64,000 bases of DNA from Octopus sinensis. Its lineage: Eukaryota. Location: positions 15,252,001 through 15,316,000 of the forward strand of contig NC_043018.1 of assembly GCF_006345805.1 (NCBI RefSeq), read 5' to 3'. This document shows, piece after piece, positions 12,513 through 25,216 of this stretch. The notes under the pieces are model-generated. The model made no database searches. It was given only the letters and a program-made list of their open reading frames with translations, and was not told the origin of the DNA. Position 1 is the stretch's first letter; each line of letters begins with the position of its first letter. A program made the position numbers and the translations under genes.

Positions 12513-13295
12513 TGGTTAGCAGGTTTAAAAGAAGATGAAGTTACAATATTGGAAGTCAAGAAAATACCTAAGCAAAATTTGTCAGGTGTAGGTATGGAAC
12601 TGACCTTACAATGTAAGCAGGACCATATCGACCTGCTACCCGATTTAATTTATCTCCTGGATGGTATTCAACAGTCAGTGCTTGCGGAGGGTAGAAAGCC
12701 AAGATGTCACACACGTGGATCTGTAATTCACTTAAAGGCTTTCTGCCCTGAAACGAGAAAAGCTAAACTCCCACTGCTGCCAACACTACAAACACCACAA
12801 ACACAAAATCATGTAATTTGATGCTTCAAAAGTAATTTGATAATAAAAGTGCTCAAGACTCCTACACCCACAAACACACGCATACATCCGCTTCCAAACC
12901 AAGACAAAGAAGGCGTCTAACCCCGCTGGTCACGGTAAAGCAAGTTTCTCTCCTACCTCCCAAACCAACATCAAATGCAATGACATGGAGAAAGAAGAGC
13001 TGAACGATCAATTGATCACAGTGACAAAAGGTGGGGAGGAGAAAGGGAAGGAGAGTACAAGGCCCTGCTCCAAGAAATGAACAGAAGGATATACTGAAAC
13101 CACAACCGAAATACAATTCACAACCACTCCAACAACAAGAACACGAACAACAACTTCAAAAGCAGCAACATTGTCAACAACAGCATGAAATCATAGAAAC
13201 ACATAAAATACCAATTACGGAAATTCAAAAGAAAAAAAAACAACATATTCATTTGACTGTAGACGAAATGTATCCGTCAATTTCACTGTTGTGAA
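12513..13295 (+). mobile_element. L1/Tx1-like ORF1 fragment with degenerate zinc knuckle
   Basis: LAGLKEDEVTILEVKKIPKQ...EGRKPRCHTRGSVIHLKAFCP; overlaps in sequence with the fragment at 16200-16760. Confidence 0.6.
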
Positions 13296-13519
13296 GTAGG
13301 GCAACAGTGAATTGGTGGATTTTCTAAGTCAAAACAAAAACAAAACAGAGAGAGAAGGAAAGGAATTTGATGTTTGAAAAGTAATTTGATACTAAAAATA
13401 ATTTGATATGTTTTAAAAGTAATTTGATGATAGTGTGATCGTATGACGACAGTGAAAAGTGTTTGCTATTATGTTCATTTAGAAGTAGTTTTGATAGTGT
13501 TTACATATTTAAAATGTTT

Positions 13520-13690
13520 TTGGAATTACTTAAACAATATTTTTCTTAGGATATGGGCAGTTCCCATGAGCATTATTTTGGGGATTTCTTCCATTTCTGG
13601 ATTCCCGAATTTTTTTTGGATTATCTCTAAACATGCTGTTCCCTATGAAGATCCTAGCGCATTTTTCATACCATGCCATGCGGGCAGCTT
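13520..13690 (-). mobile_element. Dong/R4-type RLE C-terminal fragment
   Basis: Minus frame MGTAHILRKILFK, homologous to 7550-7600. Confidence 0.7.
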
Positions 13691-13789
13691 TAGCAAATAC
13701 CTTTTGCTTAATAGTTTCTGTAATGCCAAGCATAGATTTCCTATTATACTTTTTCTTAAAATTTCATATATTTGTTGCTTTGAAGTTCT

Positions 13790-14360
13790 TGGCAGAAGCG
13801 TTAGCACGCTGGGCTAAATACTTATCGGTATTTCGTCTGCCGCTACATTCTGAGTTCAAATTCCGCCGGGTCGACTTTACCTTTCATCCTTTCGGGGTCG
13901 ATAATCTAAGTACCAGTTACGCACTGGGGGTCGATGTAATCGACTTAATCCGTTTGTCTGTCCTTGTTTGTCCTCTCTGTGTTTAGCCCCTTGTGGGTCG
14001 TAAAGAAATAGGTATTTCGTCTGTCGCTAATGTTTTGAGTTCAAATTCCGCCGAGGTCAACTTTGCCTTTTATCCTTTCGGGGTCGATTAAATAAGTACC
14101 AGTTACGCACTGGGGGTCGATGTAATCGACTTAATCCGTTTGTCTGTCCTTGTTTGTCCTCTCTGTATTTAGCCCCTTGTGGGTAGTAAAGAAATAGTTA
14201 TTTCGTCTGTCGCTAATGTTTTGAGTACAAATTCCGCCGAGGTCGAATTTGCCTTTCATCCTTTCGGGGTCGATAAATTATGTACCAGTTGCGTTCTAGA
14301 ATCGATCTAATCGACTAGCCCCCTCCCCCAAAATTTCGGGCCTTGTGCCTAGAGTAGAAA
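13790..14360 (+). mobile_element. SINE family B with three tandem bodies
   Basis: An ~185-bp unit GGTATTTCGTCTG...GTAAAGAAATA is repeated; the third unit ends in an alternative tail. Confidence 0.9.
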
Positions 14361-14435
14361 ACATCATTATTATTTAAGGCAACGAGTTGGCAGAATCCTT
14401 AGTACGCTAGACGAAATGCTTAGCGGTATTAGTTA

Positions 14436-14586
14436 ATTTTGAGTGCAACACCAACCTCAGCCTTCGGAAATACTCCATCCTCAGTTGCTCTTTCATGTCC
14501 TTTTCCATTATCTCGTTGAACTGTAGTACACGAAGGTATTGGTATCCTTCCGTTTCAATTTGCTTAATCAAATCTCTATTCGGTAA

Positions 14587-14590
<4 letters not shown>
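14436..14590 (-). mobile_element. R4-type RT domain-7 fragment next to (TAA)n
   Basis: Minus frame IKQIETEGYQYLRVLQFNEIMEKDMK resembles the YKYLG region. Confidence 0.5.
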
Positions 14591-14630
<40 letters not shown>

Positions 14631-15340
14631 TTAAGACATCGGGCAAAATGCTTAGCGGCATTTCATCCGTCTTCACGTTCTGAGTTCAAATTCTGCCGAA
14701 GTCCACTTTGTCTTTCGTCCTTTCTGGATCAATAAAATAAATACCTGTTGAGCACTGTGGTTGATGTAATTTACTTGCACCATAACTCGAAATTGCTAGC
14801 CTTGTGTCAAAAGTTGAAATCATCATCATCATCATCATAATTATTTTTATTCTTATTCTTATCATTATTATTATTATTATGGCCGCCGTGCTGTAAAGTC
14901 GAGGAAATTTGGAGCTCCGTAAGTTGGAAAAGTGCTTGTAATCTTTTCAGCCTTCTAAGGCCCGCGTGTGTTCATTTTATTGTTACCATTGCAATTCTGA
15001 GATTGTCTGGACTGCGCAAATACTATTTCTGTGTAGAAACAACCCTGTCTTGCAAGGGGGGGGGGGCGCATTAATAATTTTTCAATTTTAAAAATTTGCG
15101 GCCAAAGCAGATATTTTGCAATTTTCTTTAATTATTTAAATATGGCTGATAAGGAATCCATCATAATGTTCGACAAAGGAACGCGTTCCGAGTCGGAAAA
15201 CTGAGAACGAGGGAAAAGATCAGAACATGGATATCGAATGGCCTAAACTTGATGACGTCACCGAGACGAATAATGTTTCGTCTCAAAGCAACGTCTAAAC
15301 TTTCGATGTCGAGAAGAAGGACAACAGCAGCAACAACAGT

Positions 15341-15705
15341 GGAGGCGCAATGGCCCAGTGGTTAGGGAAGCGGACTCGCGGTCGGAGGGTCGCGGTTTCG
15401 ATTTCCTGACCGGGCGTTGAGTGTGTTTATTGAGCGAAAACACCTAAAGCTCCACGAGGCTCCGACAGGGGGTGGTGGTGACCCCTGTTGTACTCTTTCG
15501 CTCCAACTTTCTCTCACTCTTTCTTCCTGTTTCTTGTCCTCCCCGACTTCCTACGCAACCGCTGAGCCTGGATGCGCATTCATCCATCCGTCGATGCTCT
15601 CGGTGCCGGGGGGTTGACCTGCTTTCTCTTCTGCGGGTCTTACGAATAGCAAAGGACCACGTTTCAGACTTCTCCCACTCTGGGACGAAGACCGCTTCGC
15701 TCAAC
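15341..15705 (+). mobile_element. SINE family A, tail type 2
   Basis: Full head plus tail 2, followed by (AAAC)n. Confidence 0.9.
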
Positions 15706-15786
15706 AAACAAACAAACAAACAAACAAACAAACAAGCAACAACAGCAGCAGTGACAAACAATAACAACAACAACAGTGGAAGTGGA

Positions 15787-16164
15787 AGCACTCCGTCGGT
15801 TACGACGACGAGGGTTCCGGTTGATCCGACCAACGGAACAGCCTGCTCGTGAAATTAACGTGCAAGTGGCTGAGCACTCCACAGACACGTGTACCCTTAA
15901 CGTAGTTCTCGGGGATTTTCAGCGTGACACAGAGAGTGACAAGGCCGGCCCTTTGAAATACAGGTACAACAGAAACAGGAAGTAAGAGTGAGAGAAAGAG
16001 TGGTGAAAGAGTACAGCAGGGTTCACCACCATCCCCTGCCGGAGCCTCGTGGAGCTTTAGGTGTTTTCGCTCAATAAACACTCACAACGCCCGGTCTGGG
16101 AATCGAAACCGCGATCCTACGACCGCGAGTCCGCTGCCCTAACCACTGGGCCATTGCGCCTCCA
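15787..16164 (-). mobile_element. SINE family A, tail type 1
   Basis: Full-length copy, inverted relative to the copy at 15341. Confidence 0.92.
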
Positions 16165-16199
16165 CACAACAACAACAACGACGACGACGACAAAAGGAA

Positions 16200-16760
16200 T
16201 GAAATGAAACATAAAATCGCAGAAATCTCCTCCGCTTCATTTGCGTTTGTGGGGGAGAAATGTGGAAAGTTTCTACATAGATGAAGAAGAATTAAAATTG
16301 ACAAGAAAACTGTAAAAAAGATATGGGGGAAGAGAAGCTCTTAACCCTCCATCCGACATGATAGAAGATATCACAAGATACACTGTAACATGCCATTGCA
16401 TTGGAGTCTTCTCGACGCGTGGAAAATGCTCCTGAGAGCGAATTGCAAAAATGCCTCGGGCGCGTTTGGGAACCAATGACCCACATCACCCGAGGAAAGA
16501 AATTTGGAACTATTAAGGTGAGATTTGGAACGGAAGAAGAAAGCTAGATGTAATTCCGTGACCACTATGTGGAATGACAACTTTTTCTTAATCCCCAGCT
16601 ATCGCGGCCAACGTCTTGCCAAGATTAGGGTTCCGAATGTGCCGCCAGAAATATCTATTACCTGGTTAGTGACAGCCGCATTAGCAGGTTTAAAAGATGT
16701 TGAGGTCACAATATTGGAGGTCAAGAAACTACCAAAGCAAATTTGGTTAGGTATAGGTTC
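16200..16760 (+). mobile_element. L1/Tx1-like ORF1 N-terminal fragment
   Basis: GKKFGTIKVRFGTEEEA...LAKIRVPNVPPEISITWLVTAALAGLKDVEVTILEVKKLPKQ; same family as 12513. Confidence 0.6.
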
Positions 16761-17154
16761 AACTCGTAGCATCAATCGTTTTCAGTTGTGTGGTAGCCGT
16801 TGGTACCCTATCTAGCACCTAACTTCTCGCTAGGACCTAACGGCAGATTCCCTCTAGTCCATGTGTCTAATAAACGTCCGTCCCCGATAACCGCCGCACA
16901 GCCAACGAGGACAACGCTAGTCCTGATTCTGCTCACGTGACTTTCCTCGCTCTTGATCTTCCAGTAAGAACCCTTAGCCGTTGACGTCACCGACCCCATA
17001 CTTCCGGTTTACTTCATTCCCAACCATTAAATTCTGAGTTCAAATCCCACTGAACTCAACTTTGCCTTTCGTTACTCTGACGATGATATTATAACGCACC
17101 AGTCATCTATGGGCCTCAATAATATCGATTACCCCCTCCCCTCAAAATAACGCA

Positions 17155-17561
17155 CCGAGTCTCTATTTGCTGTCCGGCAATATTTATTCAGACGCATTTT
17201 GTGATGTCGGGCACGAAAATACCTTAAGCTAAGCCTGAAAGCAATGAAGTCATAAAAGAATCATCCATAACTTGCAATAAGCAACATTTATTAAACTTTA
17301 TTACTGTTATTTCTTTATTTTCTGCAAACAAAATGCACAAAAATGCTACATGTTTGCATTTATGTTAAATATACAATAATAATAAAGGACGTTACCGTAT
17401 ACAATTTTTACAAACCAAGGACGTTATATAGACCTCCTTGACGCAAGTTAGAGAAGGGGTGCGTATTATACACAAGGTTTAGGTTTTTCAGAGGTACAGC
17501 CCCCTAAAAATCCCCTGCGCGTTATACTCAAGGGCGGACTATACTCGAGGATTTCCTGTAC
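17155..17561 (+). mobile_element. Truncated copy of the pogo/Tc1-mariner-type MITE at 33788
   Basis: Near-identical to 33900-34301, including the right TIR. Confidence 0.85.
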
Positions 17562-17781
17562 TTTCTAATTCAGAGTAGTACTGTTTCTTATTCAATTCAA
17601 TACATGATGTAAATCGTGCTTATTGAATTAAATCAACCATATAAGAAATGTGTGAAAAGACGGATTAGTGAGTGAGAGAGATAGTATTCCAAACTCACTT
17701 GTGTAATCTACCCAGTTTAATGTCCTGCTTGATCAACTCGGTTTACTATCGCGTGGCAATTATCTTCCAGTCAAACCGCAC

Positions 17782-17880
17782 CCAATCAACGTTTGAGAAA
17801 CGCCTGTTGGTTAGGTGTCATTCCTGGTCGAACTGTTACTAGTATAAAAGAAACAGTCAGGTGTATTTTCTGTTCAGATG
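17782..17880 (+). promoter_or_regulatory. Core promoter: CCAAT, TATAAAAG and Inr-like TCAGAT
   Basis: CCAAT 17782-17786; TATAAAAG 17843-17850; TCAGAT 17874-17879; ATG at 17902. Confidence 0.55.
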
Positions 17881-17901
17881 AAATAGGTGTACAGCGAGAC
17901 G

Positions 17902-17965
17902 ATGACGCTGGCCACGCTACCGTGGTCTTGTTTCATACTCTGGCTGCTGCTTGTGTCCTCTCAAG
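17902..17965 (+). CDS. First coding exon, signal peptide MTLATLPWSCFILWLLLVSSQ (phase-1 donor)
   Basis: ATG, hydrophobic core, small polar C-region, donor AAG|GTATTT, TATA box upstream. Confidence 0.65.
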
Positions 17966-18107
17966 GTATTTGCAAACCCTTTGTTTTATTTTTCATGTTA
18001 TTTTCACATTTTTATTTTTATTTTTCGTGTATTTGTATTACGATTTCTATAATGAATGTATACTTTAAGGCATTTATAACATGCTGTGAGTAAATGTGTG
18101 CATAAAA

Positions 18108-18271
18108 TGTATGTATGTATATGTATGTATGTATGTGTATGTGTGTGTGTGTGTGTATGTGTGTGTGTGTATGTATGTATGTATGTATGTATGTATGTAT
18201 GTGTGTGTATGTGTGTGTGTATGTATGTATGTATGTATGTATGTATGTATGTATGTATGTATGTGTGTGTA

Positions 18272-18302
<31 letters not shown>

Positions 18303-18445
18303 ATGTGTGTGTGGTGTATGTATGTATGTATGTATGTATGTGTGTGTGTGTGTGTGTATGTGTATGTATGTATGATGTATGTATGTATGTATGCATGCAT
18401 GCATGTATGTATGTATGTATGTATGTATGTATGTATGTGTGTGTA

Positions 18446-18476
<31 letters not shown>

Positions 18477-18485
18477 ATGTATGTA

Positions 18486-18534
<49 letters not shown>

Positions 18535-18971
18535 ATACATATGCATGTATTTATGTATGTATACACATGCAGGTATGTACGTATGTATGTATGTATGTTT
18601 GCATATATGTATGTATATATGTGTGTGTATGTATGTATGTATGTATGTATGTATGTATGTATGTATGTTTGCATCTATGTATGTATGTATGTATGTATGT
18701 TGTATGTATATGTGTGTATGTGTGTGTGTGTGTGTATTATGTATGTATTATGTATGTATGTGTGTGGTGTGTGTGTGTGTGTATGTATGTATGTAGTATA
18801 CATATGCATGTATTTAGTATGTATACACATGCAGGTATGTACGTATGTATGTATGTATGTTGCATATATGTATGTATATATGTGTGTGTATGTATGTATG
18901 TATGTTGTATGTATGTATGTATGTATGTTTGCATCTATGTATGTATGTATGTATGTATGTATGTATGTATG

Positions 18972-19009
<38 letters not shown>

Positions 19010-19010
19010 A

Positions 19011-19063
<53 letters not shown>

Positions 19064-19196
19064 ATACAATGCATGTATTTATGTATGTATACACATGCAG
19101 GTATGTACGTATGTATGTATGTATGTTTGCATATATGTATGTATATATGTGTGTGTATGTATGTATGTATGTATGTATGTATGTATGTATGTTTGC

Positions 19197-19228
<32 letters not shown>

Positions 19229-19341
19229 TTGCATCTATGTATGTATGTATGTATGTATGTATGTATGTATATATATATATATATATGTATGTTTGCATCT
19301 ATGTATATATATATGTGTGTGTGTATGTATGTATGTATGTC
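18108..19341. repeat. Compound (TATG)n/(TG)n array with an ~265-bp higher-order unit x3
   Basis: Block ATGCATGTATTT...ACACATGCAGGTATGTACG...TTTGCATCTATG recurs near 18540, 18800 and 19070. Confidence 0.95.
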
Positions 19342-19806
19342 ATCACTAACTAGGCAGACGTATGACCAAAGGCATTGCCACTTCGATCATTTCTATATTT
19401 CTTCGGGACTTCGAAGGGTTTCATTTTTCTCTTGTGGTATTTCCTTTAAAACGGCAGGATTCGATTTGAAGAGATTTCGTTTGTATTTTTAGCAATCCAA
19501 GCAACCACCTAGAAGCACCATAGTTAATTTGTTCATTTAGGCGAAATGTTATGCATCGAAGTAAACGTGTGTGTGTGTGTGTGTGTGTGTGAGCGTGTGC
19601 GTGCGTGGGTGTGCGCTGTGTGCTTGCGTGTGTGAGTCTATTATATGCACATATATATATATATCTACATGAATGCGTCTATTGTATATACGCATGAATG
19701 CACAGAAACATATTATGCTTCTGTGAACCTAAATATTTTGACTTGTAAAACGTTGATGCATCTGGCTGAATAGACCTCTGCATACCAGACGCTATACACG
19801 CAACGT

Positions 19807-20185
19807 GGAGGCGCAATGGCCCAGTGGTTAGGGCAGCGGACTCGCGGTCATAAGATCGCGGTTTCGATTCCCAGACCGGGCGTTGTGAGTGTTTATTGAG
19901 CGAAAACACCTTAAAGCTCCACGAGGCTCCGGCAGGGGATGGTGGCGATCCCTGCTGTACTCTTTCACCACAACTTTCTCTCACTCTTACTACCTGTTTC
20001 TGTTGTACCTGTATTTCAAAGGGCCGGCCTTGTCACTCTCTGTGTCACGCTGAATATCCCCAAGAACTACATTAAGGGTACACGTGTCTGTGGAGTGCTC
20101 AGCCACTTACACGTTAATTTCACGAGCAGGCTGTTCCGTTGATTCGGATCAACCGGAACCCTCGTCGTCGTAACCGACGGAGTGC
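19807..20185 (+). mobile_element. SINE family A, tail type 1
   Basis: Full-length copy. Confidence 0.92.
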
Positions 20186-20859
20186 ATCCTTATACACGCA
20201 ACACGGCTGAATAGTTAAGAAGTCCACGTCGCAATCACAAAATTACAGGTTCAATTCCACGGCGTGGTAACTTTGGCAAGTGTCTTTTGCCTTGCTTTCG
20301 GGTCAGCAGAAGACTTGTGATTAAAACTGAATCGAAGGAAACTGTGTGGAAGTCCGATGAATAAATTTTATCTGCAATTCAAAGGTTCTGTCACATCACC
20401 CATTGAATGAAGCTAATTTTGCTTGAGAATTACGTTATGGGCACACCTGTCTGTGGAATACTCAACCACTTACACCCTGATTCATTAAGCCAGTTGTTCA
20501 GTCAATTAACACATCGTCAAAATTGATTAAGATGTATCACAAATTAAACTGGAATATTTTACAGACATTTGTATACTTCAATTAATAATTGATATGTAAT
20601 GAGGATTATCTAATTAACGTTACCCTTTCGGGCTTTGGGAAGCTCAGTTTTTCGAGGTTGGCGTTGGAGCAGTTAGTTATGTAAGCAAGTTGACCAATAA
20701 TGACAGGTGTGACGGTTGTACCTAAAATTTTCTCATTAATTCGACGTATTTAGTTCCTATGCTTATCTTAATCTCTGCTAGCTTATCTTAACTTCTTCTA
20801 GACAACTGTTTCGCCAGTATTCTGCATACATTATTTTGTCTGACCCAAACAACATACCT

Positions 20860-21000
20860 GATAAGAAGCTTGCTTACCAACCACATTCTTCCGGGTTCAA
20901 TCCCATGGCACTTTAGGCAAGTGTCTTCTACTATACCTTCGGGCCGACCAAAGCCTTGCGAGTGGATTTGGTTGACAGAAATTGAAAAGAAGCCCGTTGT
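20860..21000 (+). mobile_element. SINE family C, 5' half
   Basis: Homology to 5292-5440. Confidence 0.75.
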
Positions 21001-21264
21001 AATATATATATATATATATATATATATGGTCTGCAGCCAAATAACTTTACTCAAAATAACACTTTGCAACTAAATCAGTTGAGGCAAAGATGTCTCTCCT
21101 TTACTTGACAATTTATGCACCACATAGCCGAAATCACAATCTAAGTATATGTGAAAGCAAACTCTTACAGTGTTGTGCCATTGAATTACAAATAACGCTC
21201 ATCTTGTATGTTCAAGGGATTCTACAGCTTCCAAGAATACGATTGTATTCGTCTTGTCTTAGGA

Positions 21265-21945
21265 AAAATGACTAAATTGTAGCGATTAAGCTCCCATTAA
21301 GGGGGTCTTACTAACTCCTAAGAAGTTGAAATTTTAGAGATATTACTTCATTGGTGTCTAATATCTATGATTAAAATTTCATCAACAGCAAAAATATAAG
21401 AATTATTATGGGGGTTATAGCTTCATTTATGCCCCCCCCCACTTTCAAACATATACTGCATTACATATGCTTCTATGTCCTTATGCATAGAATATAATTT
21501 CCAAATTTCATAAAGATCTATTCAGTACTTTTGACCTAGTTTTGGATCATAAAAAATGACTAAAATTTGGGAGTTAAGGCCCCCATTAGGGTGTCTTAGA
21601 ATCCTCATGAGAAGCAGAAACTTTGGGAATACTTCTTGATGTCTGTCAATTACCTATGGTTGAAATTCCATCAACATCGGAAATTTACGGATTTTCATGG
21701 GGGGTTCTGCCCTCTTTAAGTCACCTCAAATTCAAACCAATCATACTGCATTATACCCGCCCTTATGCATTGAATCTAAGTTCCAAATATCATACGGATC
21801 CATTCAGTAATTTTGGTTCATGAAATTGTATGAAACATACAGCATTACCCTTCTCCCTGGGCTTGGATTTTCTGTTCCAAATTTCATTAGGATCGGTGCA
21901 GTAGTTTTCTAATCTGTAAGCAACACACGAACACACATAGACATT
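21265..21945. mobile_element. Helitron-like non-autonomous element remnant with internal duplications
   Basis: Repeated AAAAATGACTAAA...CCAAATTTCAT...GATC blocks; the right end AAATTTCATTAGGATCGG..ACACACATAGAC resembles the Helitron at 37445. Confidence 0.45.
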
Positions 21946-21947
21946 CT

Positions 21948-22358
21948 GCGAGCTGGCAGAAACGTTAGCACGCCGGGCGAAATGCGTAGCCGTATTTCGT
22001 TTGTCGTTACGTTCTGAGTTCAAATTCCGCCGAGGTCGACTTTGCTTTTCATCCTTTCGGGGTCGATAAATTAAGTACCAGTTATGCACTGGGGTCGATG
22101 TAATCGACTTAATACCTATGTCTGTCCTTGTTTGTCCCCTCTGTGTTTAGCCCCTTGTGGGTAATAAAGAAATAGGTATTTCGTCTGCCGTTACGTTCTG
22201 AGTTCAAATTCCGCGGTGGTCGACTTTGTCTTTCATCCTTTCGGGGTCGATTAAATAAGTACCAGTTACGCACTGGGGATCGATATAATCGACTTAATCC
22301 GTTTGTCTGTCCTTGTTTGTCCCCTCTGTGTGTAGCCCCTTGAGGGTAGTAAAGAAAT
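21948..22358 (+). mobile_element. SINE family B with two tandem bodies
   Basis: Homologous to 2862-3273. Confidence 0.9.
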
Positions 22359-22641
22359 GGATATGAATATGCACATATACGTATATGTCTATGTTCGCGT
22401 GCAGAAAGATAGATTGATAGATACAATTGAGTGGGCAAACAAAATTATGAGACACTGCTTTGAACAATTCTTTGTCAAATGAATCGACTCCTAGTGCTAA
22501 TTTTTTATTTTGATAAGCCTGGTACTTATTCTATCAGTCTCTTCTTGTGAAACCAGTAGGTTATGGGGATGTAAATAAACCAGAAGCAGCTGTCAAGCAG
22601 TGATGAGGGAGAAACACAAGGACACGCACATAGACTTACGT

Positions 22642-22930
22642 CAGCGGACTCGCGGTTGTAGGATCGCGGTTTCGATTCCCAGACCGGGCATTGTGAATGT
22701 TTCTTGAGCGAAAACACCTAAAGCTTCACGAGGCTCCGGCAGGGGGGGGGGTGGCAATCCCTGCTGTACTCTTTCGCCACAACTTTCTCTCACTCTTTCT
22801 TCTGTTGGCCTGCTCGCTTAGCCCGCGGGGTGGCGTTACTTGAAGGCCAAAAAACAATGCAAAGCGCATTGTGACCAGCGATGTGTAGCAACATCTGATA
22901 GCCTGGTCGATCACGGTGATCACGGTGATA
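22642..22930 (+). mobile_element. SINE family A, tail type 3 (5' truncated)
   Basis: Tail TTGGCCTGCTCGCTTAGCC...GATCACGGTGATA shared with 29951 and 46513. Confidence 0.88.
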
Positions 22931-23348
22931 TATACAATATATATATACATACTCAATATATATATCAATATATGTATGTATGTACGTATGTATGTATGTA
23001 TGTATGTATGTATGTATGTATGTATGTGAGATAATAGTTTCACTTTAATAATTTCAGTATTAATAGTGAAACTGTTAAAGTGAAAGTATGTGACGTCATA
23101 ATAGAAGGGTGTCGTCCTTTCCTTTTTGACACGTAATTCTGAAATAGTGGAAGGCACAAGAGATTACTCTGGGCTCGCATTAGGCAAGAAGTTGAAATTT
23201 GGTTGGTGGGGGAGGCATGACACTAGTTGGACCCTACGTATGGCATGTGTAAAATTTGAATGAAATCGGTTGTGTAGTTCTCGAGTTTTGGGGATTCACA
23301 CAGACAGATATACACATTCTCATCTTTATATATAGAGACGATAGAAGA

Positions 23349-23459
<111 letters not shown>

Positions 23460-24789
23460 CATATAAATAGTAAAATTATCTATGATGTGTGCCCTCCGCT
23501 TAATTCAATTCTATTACATAATTAAGAAGGAAAACAAACATCTGAGATGCGCCTATGATTGTGAGAGGAGCATTATCGATTACACTTGGCTGTTATTTAT
23601 ATTATCGATTTTAGATGGATGAAAGGCAAAACTGATCTTGGTGGGATTCGAAACTGAAACGTTTATGATGTAGTTAAAATACCACAGCGATACTTGCTTA
23701 TATCAATCCTCCGCCACCACTATCTTCGTTCTTTCATTATTTCCCACCACCACTGTCGCCACCATCGTGTTCATCGCTCTGCTCTATTCTATCAATCCAC
23801 CAAGATTTATGGCAGATCTCGATCGTCGTCCAAATGTATTCTTCTGAGCCTAACCCGAACCACTGTCCACTGACACCACAGTTTTCTTCCCCGCTCTACC
23901 GATTCTAATAGTCTTTCGCCTTCATTTCACCCGGTTTTAAGTTAGAGAATTAATTAAAATTAATTTTTAAAAAACAAACAAACAAAAACATTGTTGTAAT
24001 AAAGGTTTCTGACTGAGGCGCAGGGTTAGCAATTTTTGAAAGGAGTGGAGTATTAATCGTTATGTAATCGATCCCAGTCCTTGACTGGCTTTTTGATTTA
24101 TCGACACCGAAATGATGAAAAACTAGGTTTCTCACGGTGAAAATTGAACTCACAAAATCAAGAGCCGGAGCAAACATCACAAAGCATGTCTGTAGATGCT
24201 CGAACGATTCTGCCCTACTTTAAACCCCTGAATTATAGTATGTCAAGCATTCAATTCCGGTTTCCGTAGAATTCAGCAAATGCGACATATATTCTCATGG
24301 ATATAATAGATGAACTCATCAGGAGGTTGTTTGTTCCTCCCAGTTTGTCTGTTTATTATACCTGACACAATAAATATCCACAATGACACCAGAAGGCGAT
24401 TACTTGGACTTTGTGGATAAACATTTACTGAAATTCCTAAGTCCTGCTTTGAACCATTTCATTTCAATGCAATTTGAAGTACGACAATTCACAAATTTTT
24501 TGTCGATTTTATATCGTAGAAACAGTAAAACTTTTTAACGCCGTCTTTATGGTATTTATTCGTGTCTCGTTCTCATAATTCAGAGCTTTACTTTAACATT
24601 TGCTCTTTCAGGGTCAATAAGTTAAGAGTTACATGAGTGATTTTTATTATTTGTTTTTGTCCTTCTTAAAAAATGTTAGAGTTGTGCCTAAACAAAATAT
24701 AACAACCCAGTTCACTCACTAAATATTGAGACGAGATCTACGAATAGATTGCACCTGTATCGAGCTAGTGAGAAATGTGTGGAGCATGT

Positions 24790-25090
24790 CTACGATTTAA
24801 ACAAACAAAAAAAAAATTACATTAATATATTTGAATTTTCGGTCAAAAATTGGCCCAGGCCATGTCAGATTTAAGAGCACCACCTGATAGGATCTGTTAA
24901 GTAATTTTAAAGCCGAGTTTTGTGGCATCGCAGCCCTATAAAGTAGGGAATTGTTGTTCACTGAGATGTATCCAAGTATACGGGGCTTTTCTGGTACCTC
25001 CAGAAGAAATCCTTCCAGATATCGTTTGAAGAAGATGACATATTTTTCTTCTTTGATTTGTTTTGAGACTCTGTTAAATAGCACCTAACC
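24790..25090 (-). mobile_element. CR1/L2-group LINE 3' end
   Basis: LFNRVSKQIKEE..FKRYLEGFLLEVPEKPRILGY..NNSLL follows the LFNxLP..FK..LD.FL..PD.P pattern of these C-termini. Confidence 0.65.
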
Positions 25091-25216
25091 CAAACTAAAA
25101 ATTCCAAATTCGTTAAAACCTTGAAGGTATCAGATCTCAGGTTTTTCAGTTTTCTTTTTAAGCATAGCTGTGTGAGATATCGTGTGGCAATAAAGCAACA
25201 TTAACCTAGCGAGAAA

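Noticed and set aside
13031-13294. Gln-rich ORF
   Set aside because: Low-complexity tail of the decayed retroelement ORF1, not a host gene.
13790-14360. Regularly spaced direct repeats suggesting a CRISPR array
   Set aside because: Eukaryotic SINE multimers with no unique spacers and no cas genes.
15341-15415. tRNA-like sequences
   Set aside because: SINE heads continuing into repeat bodies, without a full cloverleaf or terminator.
18004-19492. Long ORFs of MYVC/HTYI repeats (up to 417 aa), also at 28778, 34956 and 57794
   Set aside because: Translations of stop-free microsatellites, not genes.
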